Shown here piece by piece: positions 25,904 to 34,256 of a DNA stretch of 64,000 bases (the first letter of the stretch is position 1; each line of letters begins with the position of its first letter). This DNA is from a phage: sequence record PZ386971.1; one strand, given 5' to 3'. Below the pieces are notes generated by a model that made no database searches, had not been told where the DNA came from, and saw only the letters and a list, made by a program, of their open reading frames with translations. The position numbers and the translations under genes are program-made.

Positions 25904-27922
25904 ATGTCAGATTTTAAGCCCTTCGCAGTAGCTGTCAACAATAACGTGCTGGCCATGTCAGCAACTGGTCTGTTCATGACCAACATCGATAAAGATGCTC
26001 TGTGGGATCTGTATCTGTCTTCTTTCCCTGCTGGCACTAACCCGCTTTATCGTGAGCGTACCGAGCACGACTGCACCTGCTGTAAACAATTCATCCGTAA
26101 TATCGGCGGTGTGGTCACCATCGACTCCGACCTGAACGTGATCTCTATCTGGGATAACATTCAGCTGGGTAACGAATACGACGTTGTCGCTGCGGCGCTG
26201 TCAGCATATGTTAAGCAGCACGCAATCGTCGACGTGTACTTCAACGACACCAAGAAAGTTGGTGTTGAGTCGAATCACGAAATGAAAGACGGTATTGCCC
26301 GCACCTACAACCACTTCCACACCGACCTGCTGGGTAGCTATGTTCTGCGGGCAGATACCATCGCTTCTAAGAAGGGCGAAATCCGCCAGGCGATTGAAGT
26401 GTTTGAGCGCGGTCTGCGCGAACTGTCTCTGGAATCGGCTGAAATCGTTCTGGAATTGATTGACCAGAATTCTCTGTATCGCGGTGAAGAGCACAAAGCG
26501 GCAGTGCAGGCGTTCGTGGTGAACAAGACCCTGTACGAACAAACTGCAGAAGAGAAACGCGCTCTGTGGGCTTGGCGCACTGGCTACCGTGCAAACGGTC
26601 ATACCCCTCACGGCATTCGTAATACCGTGATTGGCTCTCTGCTGGTAGACCTCAATGAAGGCCGGGATTTGGAAACCGCCGTGAAGTCCTTTGAAGCCAA
26701 AGTCGCCCCGACGAACTACAAGCGCCCAACCGCGCTGGTCACGAAGTCGATGATTGAAAACGCGCAGAAAGAAGTCGAAGCGCTGGGTCTGACTGATTCA
26801 CTGGGTCGCCGTTATGCCGTGTATGACGATCTGACCATCAACAACGTTCTGTTCGCCGATCTGGCAGCTCAGAAGAAGATGGACCCGTTTGCTCAGCTGG
26901 CGTCTGAAGTGAAGACTCCGACCAAGTCCCTGGACAAGGTTGAAGAGATCACGATCGACGACTTCCTGGCCAACGTGTTGCCAAAGGCGCATTCCCTGGA
27001 AGTGCTGGTCGAAAACTCTCACATTGGCAACCTGATGTCCCTGATCGCTCCGGCTACCGCAGGCGCTCCTAACCTGTTCAAATGGAACAACGGTTTCAGC
27101 TGGTCATACAACGGTGAAGTGGCCGACTCCATCAAAGAGCGCGTGAAGACAGCAGGCGGCAACGTTGACAGCTTCCTCCGGGTGTCACTGGCTTGGCATA
27201 ACAACGACGACCTGGATCTGAGCATGAACGATCCTCTTCACAACCACGTATATTTTCGCAACCGTCGTTCGACAACTGGCGCAACTCTGGACATCGACAT
27301 GAACGGTATGGACGGCATTGACCCAAATCGCCGTCCGGTGGAGAACATCTTCTTCAGCGATGAACGCAAGCTACGTGACGGGAATTATGAGTTCTATGTC
27401 ACCAACTTCAACAAGCGTGAAACCTGTGACGTTGGTTTCGAAATCGAAGTCGAATACAAAGGCCAGACCAAGCGCTTCTCACACCCTGGCCTGGGTAACA
27501 AAGATCGCACGTTGGCTGTTGTGGTTCAGGTTCGCGCTGGTCAGGTGGTTGACATCAGTTCTACCCTGAAAGACGACGCTCGCTCTCAGGAAATCTGGGG
27601 CATCAAGACCTCCGTCTTCCAGAAGGTACAGCTGGTTCTGAACTCACCAAACCATTGGGACGGCGAGCAGACGGGCAACAAGCACGTGTTCTTCATCCTG
27701 GAAGGTTGTGCTAACCCTGTCGGCACCCGTGGTTTCTATAACGAATATCTGAAGCCGGAACTTGATAAACACCGCAAGGTTTTTGAAATGTTAGGTGGTA
27801 AGATTAAAGTACAGCCAAGCAATGAGCAGCTGTCCGGTCTGGGCTTCTCTACCACCCAACGCAACCACGTGTTCGTGAAGGTGAGCGGTTCGTTCAACCG
27901 CACTGTGAAAGTTGTGTTCTAA
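25904..27922 (+). CDS. Hypothetical large protein (672 aa)
   Basis: Clean ORF preceded by AGGAAGATTACATCATG; Cys cluster HDCTCCKQF near N-terminus; no recognisable catalytic motif. Confidence 0.6.
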   Translation: MSDFKPFAVAVNNNVLAMSATGLFMTNIDKDALWDLYLSSFPAGTNPLYRERTEHDCTCCKQFIRNIGGVVTIDSDLNVISIWDNIQLGNEYDVVAAALSAYVKQHAIVDVYFNDTKKVGVESNHEMKDGIARTYNHFHTDLLGSYVLRADTIASKKGEIRQAIEVFERGLRELSLESAEIVLELIDQNSLYRGEEHKAAVQAFVVNKTLYEQTAEEKRALWAWRTGYRANGHTPHGIRNTVIGSLLVDLNEGRDLETAVKSFEAKVAPTNYKRPTALVTKSMIENAQKEVEALGLTDSLGRRYAVYDDLTINNVLFADLAAQKKMDPFAQLASEVKTPTKSLDKVEEITIDDFLANVLPKAHSLEVLVENSHIGNLMSLIAPATAGAPNLFKWNNGFSWSYNGEVADSIKERVKTAGGNVDSFLRVSLAWHNNDDLDLSMNDPLHNHVYFRNRRSTTGATLDIDMNGMDGIDPNRRPVENIFFSDERKLRDGNYEFYVTNFNKRETCDVGFEIEVEYKGQTKRFSHPGLGNKDRTLAVVVQVRAGQVVDISSTLKDDARSQEIWGIKTSVFQKVQLVLNSPNHWDGEQTGNKHVFFILEGCANPVGTRGFYNEYLKPELDKHRKVFEMLGGKIKVQPSNEQLSGLGFSTTQRNHVFVKVSGSFNRTVKVVF

Positions 27923-27966
27923 ACCTGATTTGAAATTGTAACCCATTCATCATTGAGGATAGTAAA

Positions 27967-28338
27967 ATGTTTGATAAAGCAACCCGTATGAAACTGCGCT
28001 TCGAGTCTAACAAAGGCCTGTTGTCTGTTGAGCAGGTCTGGGACCTGAGCCTGACTGCCCTGAACGAAATGGCGAAAGGTCTGAGCCGTCAGGTGAAAGC
28101 AGCAGAAACCGATGAAGAAGATTTCATTGGTACCAAAAGCAACGTTGACTCCGAACTGCAGCTGCGCTTCGACGTTGTCAAGCACATCATCGGCGTTAAG
28201 CTGAAAGAACGTGACGACAGCAGAGACGCGGCAGAGCGTAAGGCGAACAACCAGATTATCCTGGAGCTGATCCAGCGTAAGAAACAGCAAGAGCTGGAAA
28301 GCAAATCTGTTGAAGAACTGGAAGCACTCCTGAAATAA
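27967..28338 (+). CDS. Hypothetical charged helical protein (123 aa)
   Basis: ORF with GAGGAT SD; followed by a terminator hairpin. Confidence 0.5.
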   Translation: MFDKATRMKLRFESNKGLLSVEQVWDLSLTALNEMAKGLSRQVKAAETDEEDFIGTKSNVDSELQLRFDVVKHIIGVKLKERDDSRDAAERKANNQIILELIQRKKQQELESKSVEELEALLK

Positions 28339-28361
28339 TCTGTCTGACCTCAGCCTGAGCA

Positions 28362-28388
28362 ACCCCGCCATGTGCGGGGTTTCTTTTG
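28362..28388 (+). terminator. Rho-independent terminator
   Basis: ccccgcCATGTgcgggg then TTTCTTTT. Confidence 0.55.
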
Positions 28389-28398
28389 GACAAAGAAT

Positions 28399-28773
28399 AT
28401 GAAACCTGTTATATGCGATTACTGTGGCCTCCCAGCCGAATTCGTCGGTGGTGATGTTCTCTACCCTCATCACCCTGACCTCCGCAATCTGAAGTTCTGG
28501 GTGTGCACTCCATGTGATGCCCGTGTCGGTTGCCATGCCCATGGCGACGGCAGACAACCTTTGGGAAGGATGGCGAATGCCGCTCTCCGTGCTGCTAAGC
28601 AAAAAGCCCATAGATCGTTTGACCCATTATGGAAAAGCGGAGAGAGGAGCAGGAGCGACGCTTACAGTTGGCTGGCGCATAAGCTGGGGATTAAGAAGCG
28701 CGATTGCCATATCGGCTTGTTCGATATCGACATGTGCCGTAAAGTAGTGGAGGTCTGTAAACAAATATCATAG
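28399..28773 (+). CDS. Zinc-ribbon protein (125 aa)
   Basis: CDYC...(n)...CTPCDARVGCHAH Cys/His cluster. Confidence 0.5.
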   Translation: MKPVICDYCGLPAEFVGGDVLYPHHPDLRNLKFWVCTPCDARVGCHAHGDGRQPLGRMANAALRAAKQKAHRSFDPLWKSGERSRSDAYSWLAHKLGIKKRDCHIGLFDIDMCRKVVEVCKQIS

Positions 28774-28781
28774 GAGAACAC

Positions 28782-29654
28782 ATGACAACTCGCACTGGCA
28801 TCAAACTCACTCCTGAAGTCCTGAAGTCACATATCGCTGAGGTGATTTACGAAGACCGCGAAGTCGGCGGTCACCGGGCTATCACTTGTCATTTCAAGAT
28901 GGATAACGGCTTCGTCGTTCACGGCACCAAGCCCAGCACATCCATAGACCCGGCCAACTTCGATGAAGCCCTGGGCAAAGAGATTTCCTACAATAACACC
29001 TTCGACCAGCTGTGGCAGCTGGAGGCGTACCGGGCGCTTGTTGAACAAGATCTGTTGGCCAAAGCCACGGAAACGGCAGAGATCCGGATCGATCAATACG
29101 CTGTTGAACGTAGCGCCCTCTGTCCGGCCTATCACCTCGGCTTCAATGTGATGATTCAGGAAGTGATGTTCAGAGCGGAAAATGGCGAGCGCTTCTTGGC
29201 GTCTTTCATTTGTGGGCCGGATGACATGGAACTTGTTGTTGAATCTCACAACGCCAAATCTCGTAAGGCTGTTAGTGATTTCCTGCGCGCCAACTCCAAA
29301 CTCGATCTCACTTGTTCGCCATTGGTTCTGCGCATCGCCAAGATTTGTCATGAAGCCAACCGCGCATACTGCAAGTCTATTGGTGACGACTCTCAACTGC
29401 CTTGGGAACAATCTCCGGCCTGGCAGCGTGAGAGCGCTTGCAAAGGTGTTATCTTCCATCTCACTGGTGATCGTAAGCCCAGCGAATCGCATGAGAGATG
29501 GATGGCGGAGAAGGAGTCTGAGGGATGGGTATATGGCCCAGTCAAAGACCCTCAGACCAAGCAACACCCTTGCATAGTTCCGTATGGAGAACTCCCGGTA
29601 CAACAACGCTCCAAAGATTATATTTTCAAATCCATTGTAGACTCCTTTAAATAA
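28782..29654 (+). CDS. Gp49-like N-terminal domain fused to a C-terminal RyR-domain
   Basis: N-terminus HRAITCHFKMDNGFVVHGT...DPANFDEALGKEISYNNTFDQLWQLEAYRAL; C-terminus HERWMAEKESEGWVYGPVKDPQTKQHPCIVPYGELP resembles the RyR repeat. Confidence 0.5.
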   Translation: MTTRTGIKLTPEVLKSHIAEVIYEDREVGGHRAITCHFKMDNGFVVHGTKPSTSIDPANFDEALGKEISYNNTFDQLWQLEAYRALVEQDLLAKATETAEIRIDQYAVERSALCPAYHLGFNVMIQEVMFRAENGERFLASFICGPDDMELVVESHNAKSRKAVSDFLRANSKLDLTCSPLVLRIAKICHEANRAYCKSIGDDSQLPWEQSPAWQRESACKGVIFHLTGDRKPSESHERWMAEKESEGWVYGPVKDPQTKQHPCIVPYGELPVQQRSKDYIFKSIVDSFK

Positions 29655-29690
29655 GCTCTGAATAATATTTCAACCTGTCAATAATATAAT

Positions 29691-29719
29691 GCCCGGTTAT
29701 ATTCAATCGGGCATTTTTA
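29691..29719 (+). terminator. Terminator-like hairpin after the RyR-domain gene
   Basis: gcccg-(12 nt loop)-cgggc followed by ATTTTTA. Confidence 0.4.
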
Positions 29720-29728
29720 TTATATTAA

Positions 29729-29759
29729 TTGGCATCAATACCGCCTGTCGTAATATAAT
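29729..29759 (+). promoter_or_regulatory. Sigma70-like promoter (TTGGCA ... TATAAT) upstream of the vWA gene
   Basis: TTGGCA at 29729 and TAATATAAT at about 29751-29759 (16-19 bp spacer depending on hexamer choice). Confidence 0.4.
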
Positions 29760-29804
29760 AGTCCCATGTTAAAATAGTTAGGAAATATAACTCACGAGAG
29801 CCTG

Positions 29805-29981
29805 ATGACCGACAACAAATTAAAACGTGTCGGACTTGATTGTCTTGACAATTCATTCCGCCCCAGTGATGTTCTGGTCGCCCAAATGGAAAACAACCGG
29901 GATTTCATTGAAACTATGCTGGAGAACGCCGACGCGAACTCCAAACACTCCAAAGCCCAAAAAGGTCAAAACGATGATTGA
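29805..29981 (+). CDS. Possible small ORF (58 aa) overlapping the vWA start
   Basis: Not in the track (under 60 aa); ATG with GAGAG upstream; reads MTDNKLKRVGLDCLDNSFRP...; hand-indexed coordinates. Confidence 0.25.
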   Translation: MTDNKLKRVGLDCLDNSFRPSDVLVAQMENNRDFIETMLENADANSKHSKAQKGQNDD

Positions 29982-32175
29982 ATCATTAACATTTAAGAAT
30001 GCGGTTGCGACCGTTGCGCCGTCTAACCATGTAATCGTTGTGGATATCTCCGGTTCCATGTATCGTTCACTTCCAGAAGTCCGTAAGCATCTGAAGGAGA
30101 ACCTGCCTTCCCTGGTGAAACCCGAAGATACTGTGAGCATCCTTTACTTTTCATCTCGCGGTGATTTCGGAACGGTATTTGCCGGACGCCAGATCGGTGT
30201 CGCATCTGACCTGAGCGAGCTGAATAAGCTGATCGATCGCTTCCTGCAACCGTCCGGATGTACTGGCTTTGTTGAGCCGTTGAAACTGGCGATGGACACT
30301 GCTCGTAGCCTGAAGAAGCCTGGCTATGTCAACAACCTGGCGTTCATGACTGACGGGTATGACAACTGCTGGCGTACCAACGAAATCTTACTGGTTGCTG
30401 AGACCCTGCCATTTGCTTTCGATAACATTACTTTCATCGAATACGGCTGGCACTGTAACCGCGAACTGCTGGCGCAGATGGCCGAACGCTCCGGTGCGAC
30501 CCACGTGTTTGCCGAAGGTCAGACCGAATACCAGACCGAACTAGAAAACGTGCTGAAGTCATCAGTGCCGAAGGTGAAAGTTGATGTCCCAGTCATCTAC
30601 ACCCATGCCATCTACGTCGAAAACGGTGTGGCAACAGTACTGGCGGTGCAGGACGATGACTCTCACCCGGTCGGCTATGTGAGCATCCCTGAGAGCGTCA
30701 CCAAGCTGTGGGTTGTAAACCCTAACATGATCGACCAGCTTGATGCGCTGGCGGACATCCAGGCGGCATACGTGCTGGCGTTCTACGGCGTACACATCAT
30801 GGACGCAGACCTGGTATGGGCTGCGCTGAAGAAGACGGGCGACGTTCGCTTCATCAAACAGTACAGCAACTGCTTTACCAAGCAGGACTACTCCAACATC
30901 AAGAACGATCTGGTACAGGCGATTGTTGACGACCAGCTGCGCGGCGTTGACGGTATTGACTATGACCTGGTTCCGGCTGAAGATGCGACGACCGTCGTTG
31001 ACGTGCTGACGTATCTGGCTGAAGCTGGCGTGTCTGTTGCCACCAAACATCCTATGTTCTCCTACAAGAGCATTGGTCGCGGTACTGTGCAGAAAGCGGA
31101 CGATACCGAAGACAAACTGGCAGAACAGATCGCGAATGCTCAGTCCAAAGAAGAGCGTAAAGCCCTGGCTCTCAAGCTGGCTGAGCACGAAGAATGGACG
31201 CCGTCGTTTGAACCTGCCAACGATCTGGGCGTTATCTCAATCAGCGATCTGGTCTACAACTCTGAGCGCCCGAACATCAGTGTGCGCACTATTCAGCATG
31301 GTACTGTGACTGTCCCTGAGTTCGCACAGAAGAAGTTTGGTCTGCCTGAAGAACTGGATACTTTCCAGTGGCGCAACTACACCATCGTCAAAGATGGTAT
31401 CATCAACGTGAAGACCCTGCCGTTCAAGGCTGATATCGAAGTTGTACAGAAGCTGATCGAAATGGGCGTCCACGTGTTTGGTGGACCGGAAGTGTTTGTC
31501 CTGAACCTGGAAAGCGTACCGCTGGTCAACCGCGCCATGGTCAAGAACATCAGTGCTGCTCAGTTCTTTGCGGATAATGTCCGTTTGGAAGCCCTGAAAG
31601 GCAAGCAGAAGGTGCTGAAGTTCTATCGAGACGCCCTGGTTGGTAAAGGTAACGCCAAAGGCCTGGCAGTACAGTACGGCGCTGAGGCGGCCGAGTTCCT
31701 GTCCTCCTACGGCATCCGCGATTACGGCTTCTCACCGAAGACTGAGACCAAAGAGTCTACCGACTTCTACATGAGCCGGGAGCTGAACGTGAAGATCGCT
31801 GGCGCTTCATCTCTACCGTCTATCGCAGCGGTACAGAAGAAGATTGCCGAGAACAAGAAACTCAATGCTGGTGACTTGTTCATCGCCAATGCTCTGAAAG
31901 AGTACGAAGCATTCGTGAAGTCTCCTATGATCACTGCCGTGCCTGAAGCCTTACAGAAACAGCTGATCGAAAACTGGATCGACGCTGCTGCCAAGGCGAC
32001 CATCACCGAAGTCCGTGCCCTGAACAAGACACTGTCTAAAGTGGTGTATGGTATCGTTGCTGGCCACGGCTGGTTCACCGACCTCGACCTGGAAGAGTCC
32101 ACCATGGAAGTTGAAGTGGATGGCGTGAAGTACAAGGTCACTGCCGAACTGACAGAGAAAGAAATCAAAATCTAA
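29974..32175 (+). CDS. von Willebrand factor A (vWA) domain protein, 733 aa
   Basis: VIVVDISGSM (MIDAS DxSxS), later FMTDGYDN; N-terminal 49 aa of the track ORF are low-complexity and likely untranslated, start ATG 29974 with AAAGG SD. Confidence 0.7.
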   Translation: MIESLTFKNAVATVAPSNHVIVVDISGSMYRSLPEVRKHLKENLPSLVKPEDTVSILYFSSRGDFGTVFAGRQIGVASDLSELNKLIDRFLQPSGCTGFVEPLKLAMDTARSLKKPGYVNNLAFMTDGYDNCWRTNEILLVAETLPFAFDNITFIEYGWHCNRELLAQMAERSGATHVFAEGQTEYQTELENVLKSSVPKVKVDVPVIYTHAIYVENGVATVLAVQDDDSHPVGYVSIPESVTKLWVVNPNMIDQLDALADIQAAYVLAFYGVHIMDADLVWAALKKTGDVRFIKQYSNCFTKQDYSNIKNDLVQAIVDDQLRGVDGIDYDLVPAEDATTVVDVLTYLAEAGVSVATKHPMFSYKSIGRGTVQKADDTEDKLAEQIANAQSKEERKALALKLAEHEEWTPSFEPANDLGVISISDLVYNSERPNISVRTIQHGTVTVPEFAQKKFGLPEELDTFQWRNYTIVKDGIINVKTLPFKADIEVVQKLIEMGVHVFGGPEVFVLNLESVPLVNRAMVKNISAAQFFADNVRLEALKGKQKVLKFYRDALVGKGNAKGLAVQYGAEAAEFLSSYGIRDYGFSPKTETKESTDFYMSRELNVKIAGASSLPSIAAVQKKIAENKKLNAGDLFIANALKEYEAFVKSPMITAVPEALQKQLIENWIDAAAKATITEVRALNKTLSKVVYGIVAGHGWFTDLDLEESTMEVEVDGVKYKVTAELTEKEIKI

Positions 32176-32181
32176 TCCAAC

Positions 32182-32205
32182 GGGCGGGGCAACCCGCCTT
32201 TCTTT
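32182..32205 (+). terminator. Rho-independent terminator with GNRA loop
   Basis: ggcgggGCAAcccgcc then TTTCTTT. Confidence 0.55.
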
Positions 32206-32217
32206 GGGAGAAGTAGC

Positions 32218-32541
32218 ATGAGCAGTAAACCAACATATGTTGAAGTCATGCGTCATCTGGCTCAGTACGCCACTGACAATCTGAACTTGGATCTGTGGCG
32301 TGACGATGACAAGCGCAAATTGCTGGACGACGTGGCATCTCAGAACGAGGACGCCCTAGACAAGCTGGCTGGCCTCCGCACCAAGAAAGACCTCGGCGGT
32401 GATGAACTGGACGCTATCGAAATTGTAATGGACCTCGAAGAAGAGTTTCAGGTCGAAATCGACGATGGTTGGCTGGGCAGTAAAGGTGATGACCCGACCA
32501 TGGGTGAACTCGCTGAACTCGTGGTTGCCCTGCGCAAATAA
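32218..32541 (+). CDS. Acyl carrier protein homolog with Ser-to-Glu at the phosphopantetheine site
   Basis: DLGGDELDAIEIVMDLEEEFQVEIDD aligns with E. coli ACP [26 protein letters not shown]; the conserved DSL Ser is Glu (DEL). Confidence 0.7.
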   Translation: MSSKPTYVEVMRHLAQYATDNLNLDLWRDDDKRKLLDDVASQNEDALDKLAGLRTKKDLGGDELDAIEIVMDLEEEFQVEIDDGWLGSKGDDPTMGELAELVVALRK

Positions 32542-32547
32542 CAGAAG

Positions 32548-32572
32548 TCCCCAACAAACGTTGGGGATTTTT
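32548..32572 (+). terminator. Terminator hairpin tccccaacAAAgttgggga + T-run (copy 1)
   Basis: Identical 26-bp element recurs at 32904. Confidence 0.55.
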
Positions 32573-32583
32573 ACTTTTAGGGG

Positions 32584-32612
32584 TTTACTTCTATAATGTA
32601 AATGCGTATTAT
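32584..32612 (+). promoter_or_regulatory. Early promoter (-35 TTTACT, 17 bp, -10 TATTAT)
   Basis: gggGTTTACTtctataatgtaaatgcgTATTAT; same -35 family as cassette A. Confidence 0.45.
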
Positions 32613-32661
32613 TGAATTCATAGAGCGGGGCGTTCCTGTTCATTGAAAGAAGGTATACATT

Positions 32662-32886
32662 ATGTCTGCTATATCATGTGTTGTTGATCTCACCCCATTT
32701 TGCCTGAACAATATTGCTAACCCTAAATTGGTCTTGTTTAAGGATCCCTCTAATTTCTGCTGGCTGGCAAGTTGTGATACCAACAACGGGCGTCGTGCTG
32801 TTTGGGAGTTTCCCGCAACTGATGAAGGCAGAATTTCTGCTATAAGAAAATTAGAACTAGAAAATTCAAGCCGAGAAATTAAATAG
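32662..32886 (+). CDS. Hypothetical small protein (74 aa)
   Basis: ORF flanked on both sides by duplicated terminator-promoter cassettes. Confidence 0.4.
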   Translation: MSAISCVVDLTPFCLNNIANPKLVLFKDPSNFCWLASCDTNNGRRAVWEFPATDEGRISAIRKLELENSSREIK

Positions 32887-32903
32887 GCATAACTTTTATT
32901 AAA

Positions 32904-32928
32904 TCCCCAACAAACGTTGGGGATTTTT
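32904..32928 (+). terminator. Terminator hairpin tccccaacAAAgttgggga + T-run (copy 2)
   Basis: Exact repeat of the element at 32548. Confidence 0.55.
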
Positions 32929-32940
32929 AACTTTTAGGGG

Positions 32941-32969
32941 TTTACTTCCTTTAAGGAATGTCCTATTAT
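32941..32969 (+). promoter_or_regulatory. Early promoter (-35 TTTACT, 17 bp, -10 TATTAT)
   Basis: GTTTACTtcctttaaggaatgtccTATTAT. Confidence 0.45.
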
Positions 32970-33020
32970 TCAATAACTGGCGAACGATGGGTTCACCGGG
33001 TTGAAAGGTAAGATTATATC

Positions 33021-33260
33021 ATGAAGAACAAAATGGTCGAAACTTCAGTAGAGATTGATCGCAATTGGGGATTGCTCCGCGCTAAAGGGTTCCGTCGTGT
33101 GTATGCGACCAAAGAAGTCTACGCACAGCGCCGTGACGTTATCATCAGCAAGAAAGGCAAAGAGTGGGTTGCTGAAGAAGTTGATGTCGAGACAGGCATC
33201 GTAGGAAAGGTAAAGGCCAAGGCCGTGATCCTCTTCGCTCTTCTGAAGCACATCAGTTAA
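33021..33260 (+). CDS. Hypothetical small protein (79 aa)
   Basis: ATG preceded by AGGTAAGATTATATC. Confidence 0.4.
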   Translation: MKNKMVETSVEIDRNWGLLRAKGFRRVYATKEVYAQRRDVIISKKGKEWVAEEVDVETGIVGKVKAKAVILFALLKHIS

Positions 33261-33273
33261 TTCTATAACTTTG

Positions 33274-33300
33274 GGCGGGGTATGATTACCCCGTCTATTT
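33274..33300 (+). terminator. GC hairpin GGCGGGGTATGATTACCCCGTC + TATTTG (type B, copy 1)
   Basis: 31-bp element identical to the one at 33833. Confidence 0.5.
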
Positions 33301-33319
33301 GAAATGCAGGAACTATACC

Positions 33320-33826
33320 ATGACCGATCAACAAATTCAAGATTTATTTTACCTCGTCCATGATAAGTCCCACATCATGCGCCCCGGTACTGTTTCCCCT
33401 GCCGTCCGTGATCTGGTGCAAGAATTGCGCGAACCACAGACGACCACACTTTATCGCGGGTTGCCTAAAGAGGACGTTGCGCGTTTAGAGATGATGTTTG
33501 AACGAGGCGACATGTTCCAGACATGGGATTCTTGCCTTAGCTTCAGTGAACTGAAGCATGTGGCCAAAAAATTTTCTAAATCGTACGGAACCCAAGCTGT
33601 TGCCCGCATTTGTTACAAACATCGAAACAGACTCCCGGAGGGGCTTAATGTCTATGGTTCTCTAGAAAAATTTGTGAACAAAGGCGATGAATCAGAAATG
33701 GATATGCTGGACTTGGCGTCCATGGAGAAAGAATGGATATTCTGCCAGCCTCGCGTCATACCAGTTTCAAGAAAAATGGCAACAGACGGCACGATGGTTT
33801 TTACCGTATCACTTGTTACCCTATAA
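33320..33826 (+). CDS. Hypothetical protein (168 aa)
   Basis: ATG preceded by CAGGAACTATACC. Confidence 0.5.
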   Translation: MTDQQIQDLFYLVHDKSHIMRPGTVSPAVRDLVQELREPQTTTLYRGLPKEDVARLEMMFERGDMFQTWDSCLSFSELKHVAKKFSKSYGTQAVARICYKHRNRLPEGLNVYGSLEKFVNKGDESEMDMLDLASMEKEWIFCQPRVIPVSRKMATDGTMVFTVSLVTL

Positions 33827-33832
33827 ACCCAC

Positions 33833-33859
33833 GGCGGGGTATGATTACCCCGTCTATTT
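33833..33859 (+). terminator. GC hairpin GGCGGGGTATGATTACCCCGTC + TATTTG (type B, copy 2)
   Basis: Exact repeat of 33274 element. Confidence 0.5.
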
Positions 33860-33878
33860 GAAACCAAGAGACTATATC

Positions 33879-34256
33879 ATGAAAAAGTTAATCCTCGCTG
33901 TTGCCCTGCTGGGCGCTTCCTTTGCTGCTGTTTCCGCCCCTCCTGTCATCACCGGAGTGTCTACCAACGGTGTTTATGCTTTCAAGGCGTATGGCCAAGA
34001 CCTCGTTCTGTATAAGAACGGGAAGATGATTGAGCGCTGCGTATCAGACGACGTGAATCGTGGGATCGACAATCAGGGTAGCCCATACGTCCTGGACATC
34101 TATTCCTGCTCCAACGGGACGAAGTCCTTTGGCGTCAAGACCTTTGGCAACGTCGCCGACGGTGGCTGGGGCTTCATGTTCGAAACCCGCAACCACCACC
34201 CGGTCAAGACCATGCAAGAAGAGTTCTTGATCTCTGTCGGGGGTGGAACATTATGA
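33879..34256 (+). CDS. Secreted small protein with signal peptide (125 aa)
   Basis: MKKLILAVALLGASFAAVSA signal-peptide-like N-terminus; two Cys. Confidence 0.5.
   Translation: MKKLILAVALLGASFAAVSAPPVITGVSTNGVYAFKAYGQDLVLYKNGKMIERCVSDDVNRGIDNQGSPYVLDIYSCSNGTKSFGVKTFGNVADGGWGFMFETRNHHPVKTMQEEFLISVGGGTL

Noticed and set aside
29827-29973. N-terminal 49 aa of the vWA track ORF
   Set aside because: Low-complexity Pro/Thr/Lys/Trp-rich translation with no RBS; the ATG at 29974 has a proper SD and starts the vWA domain.
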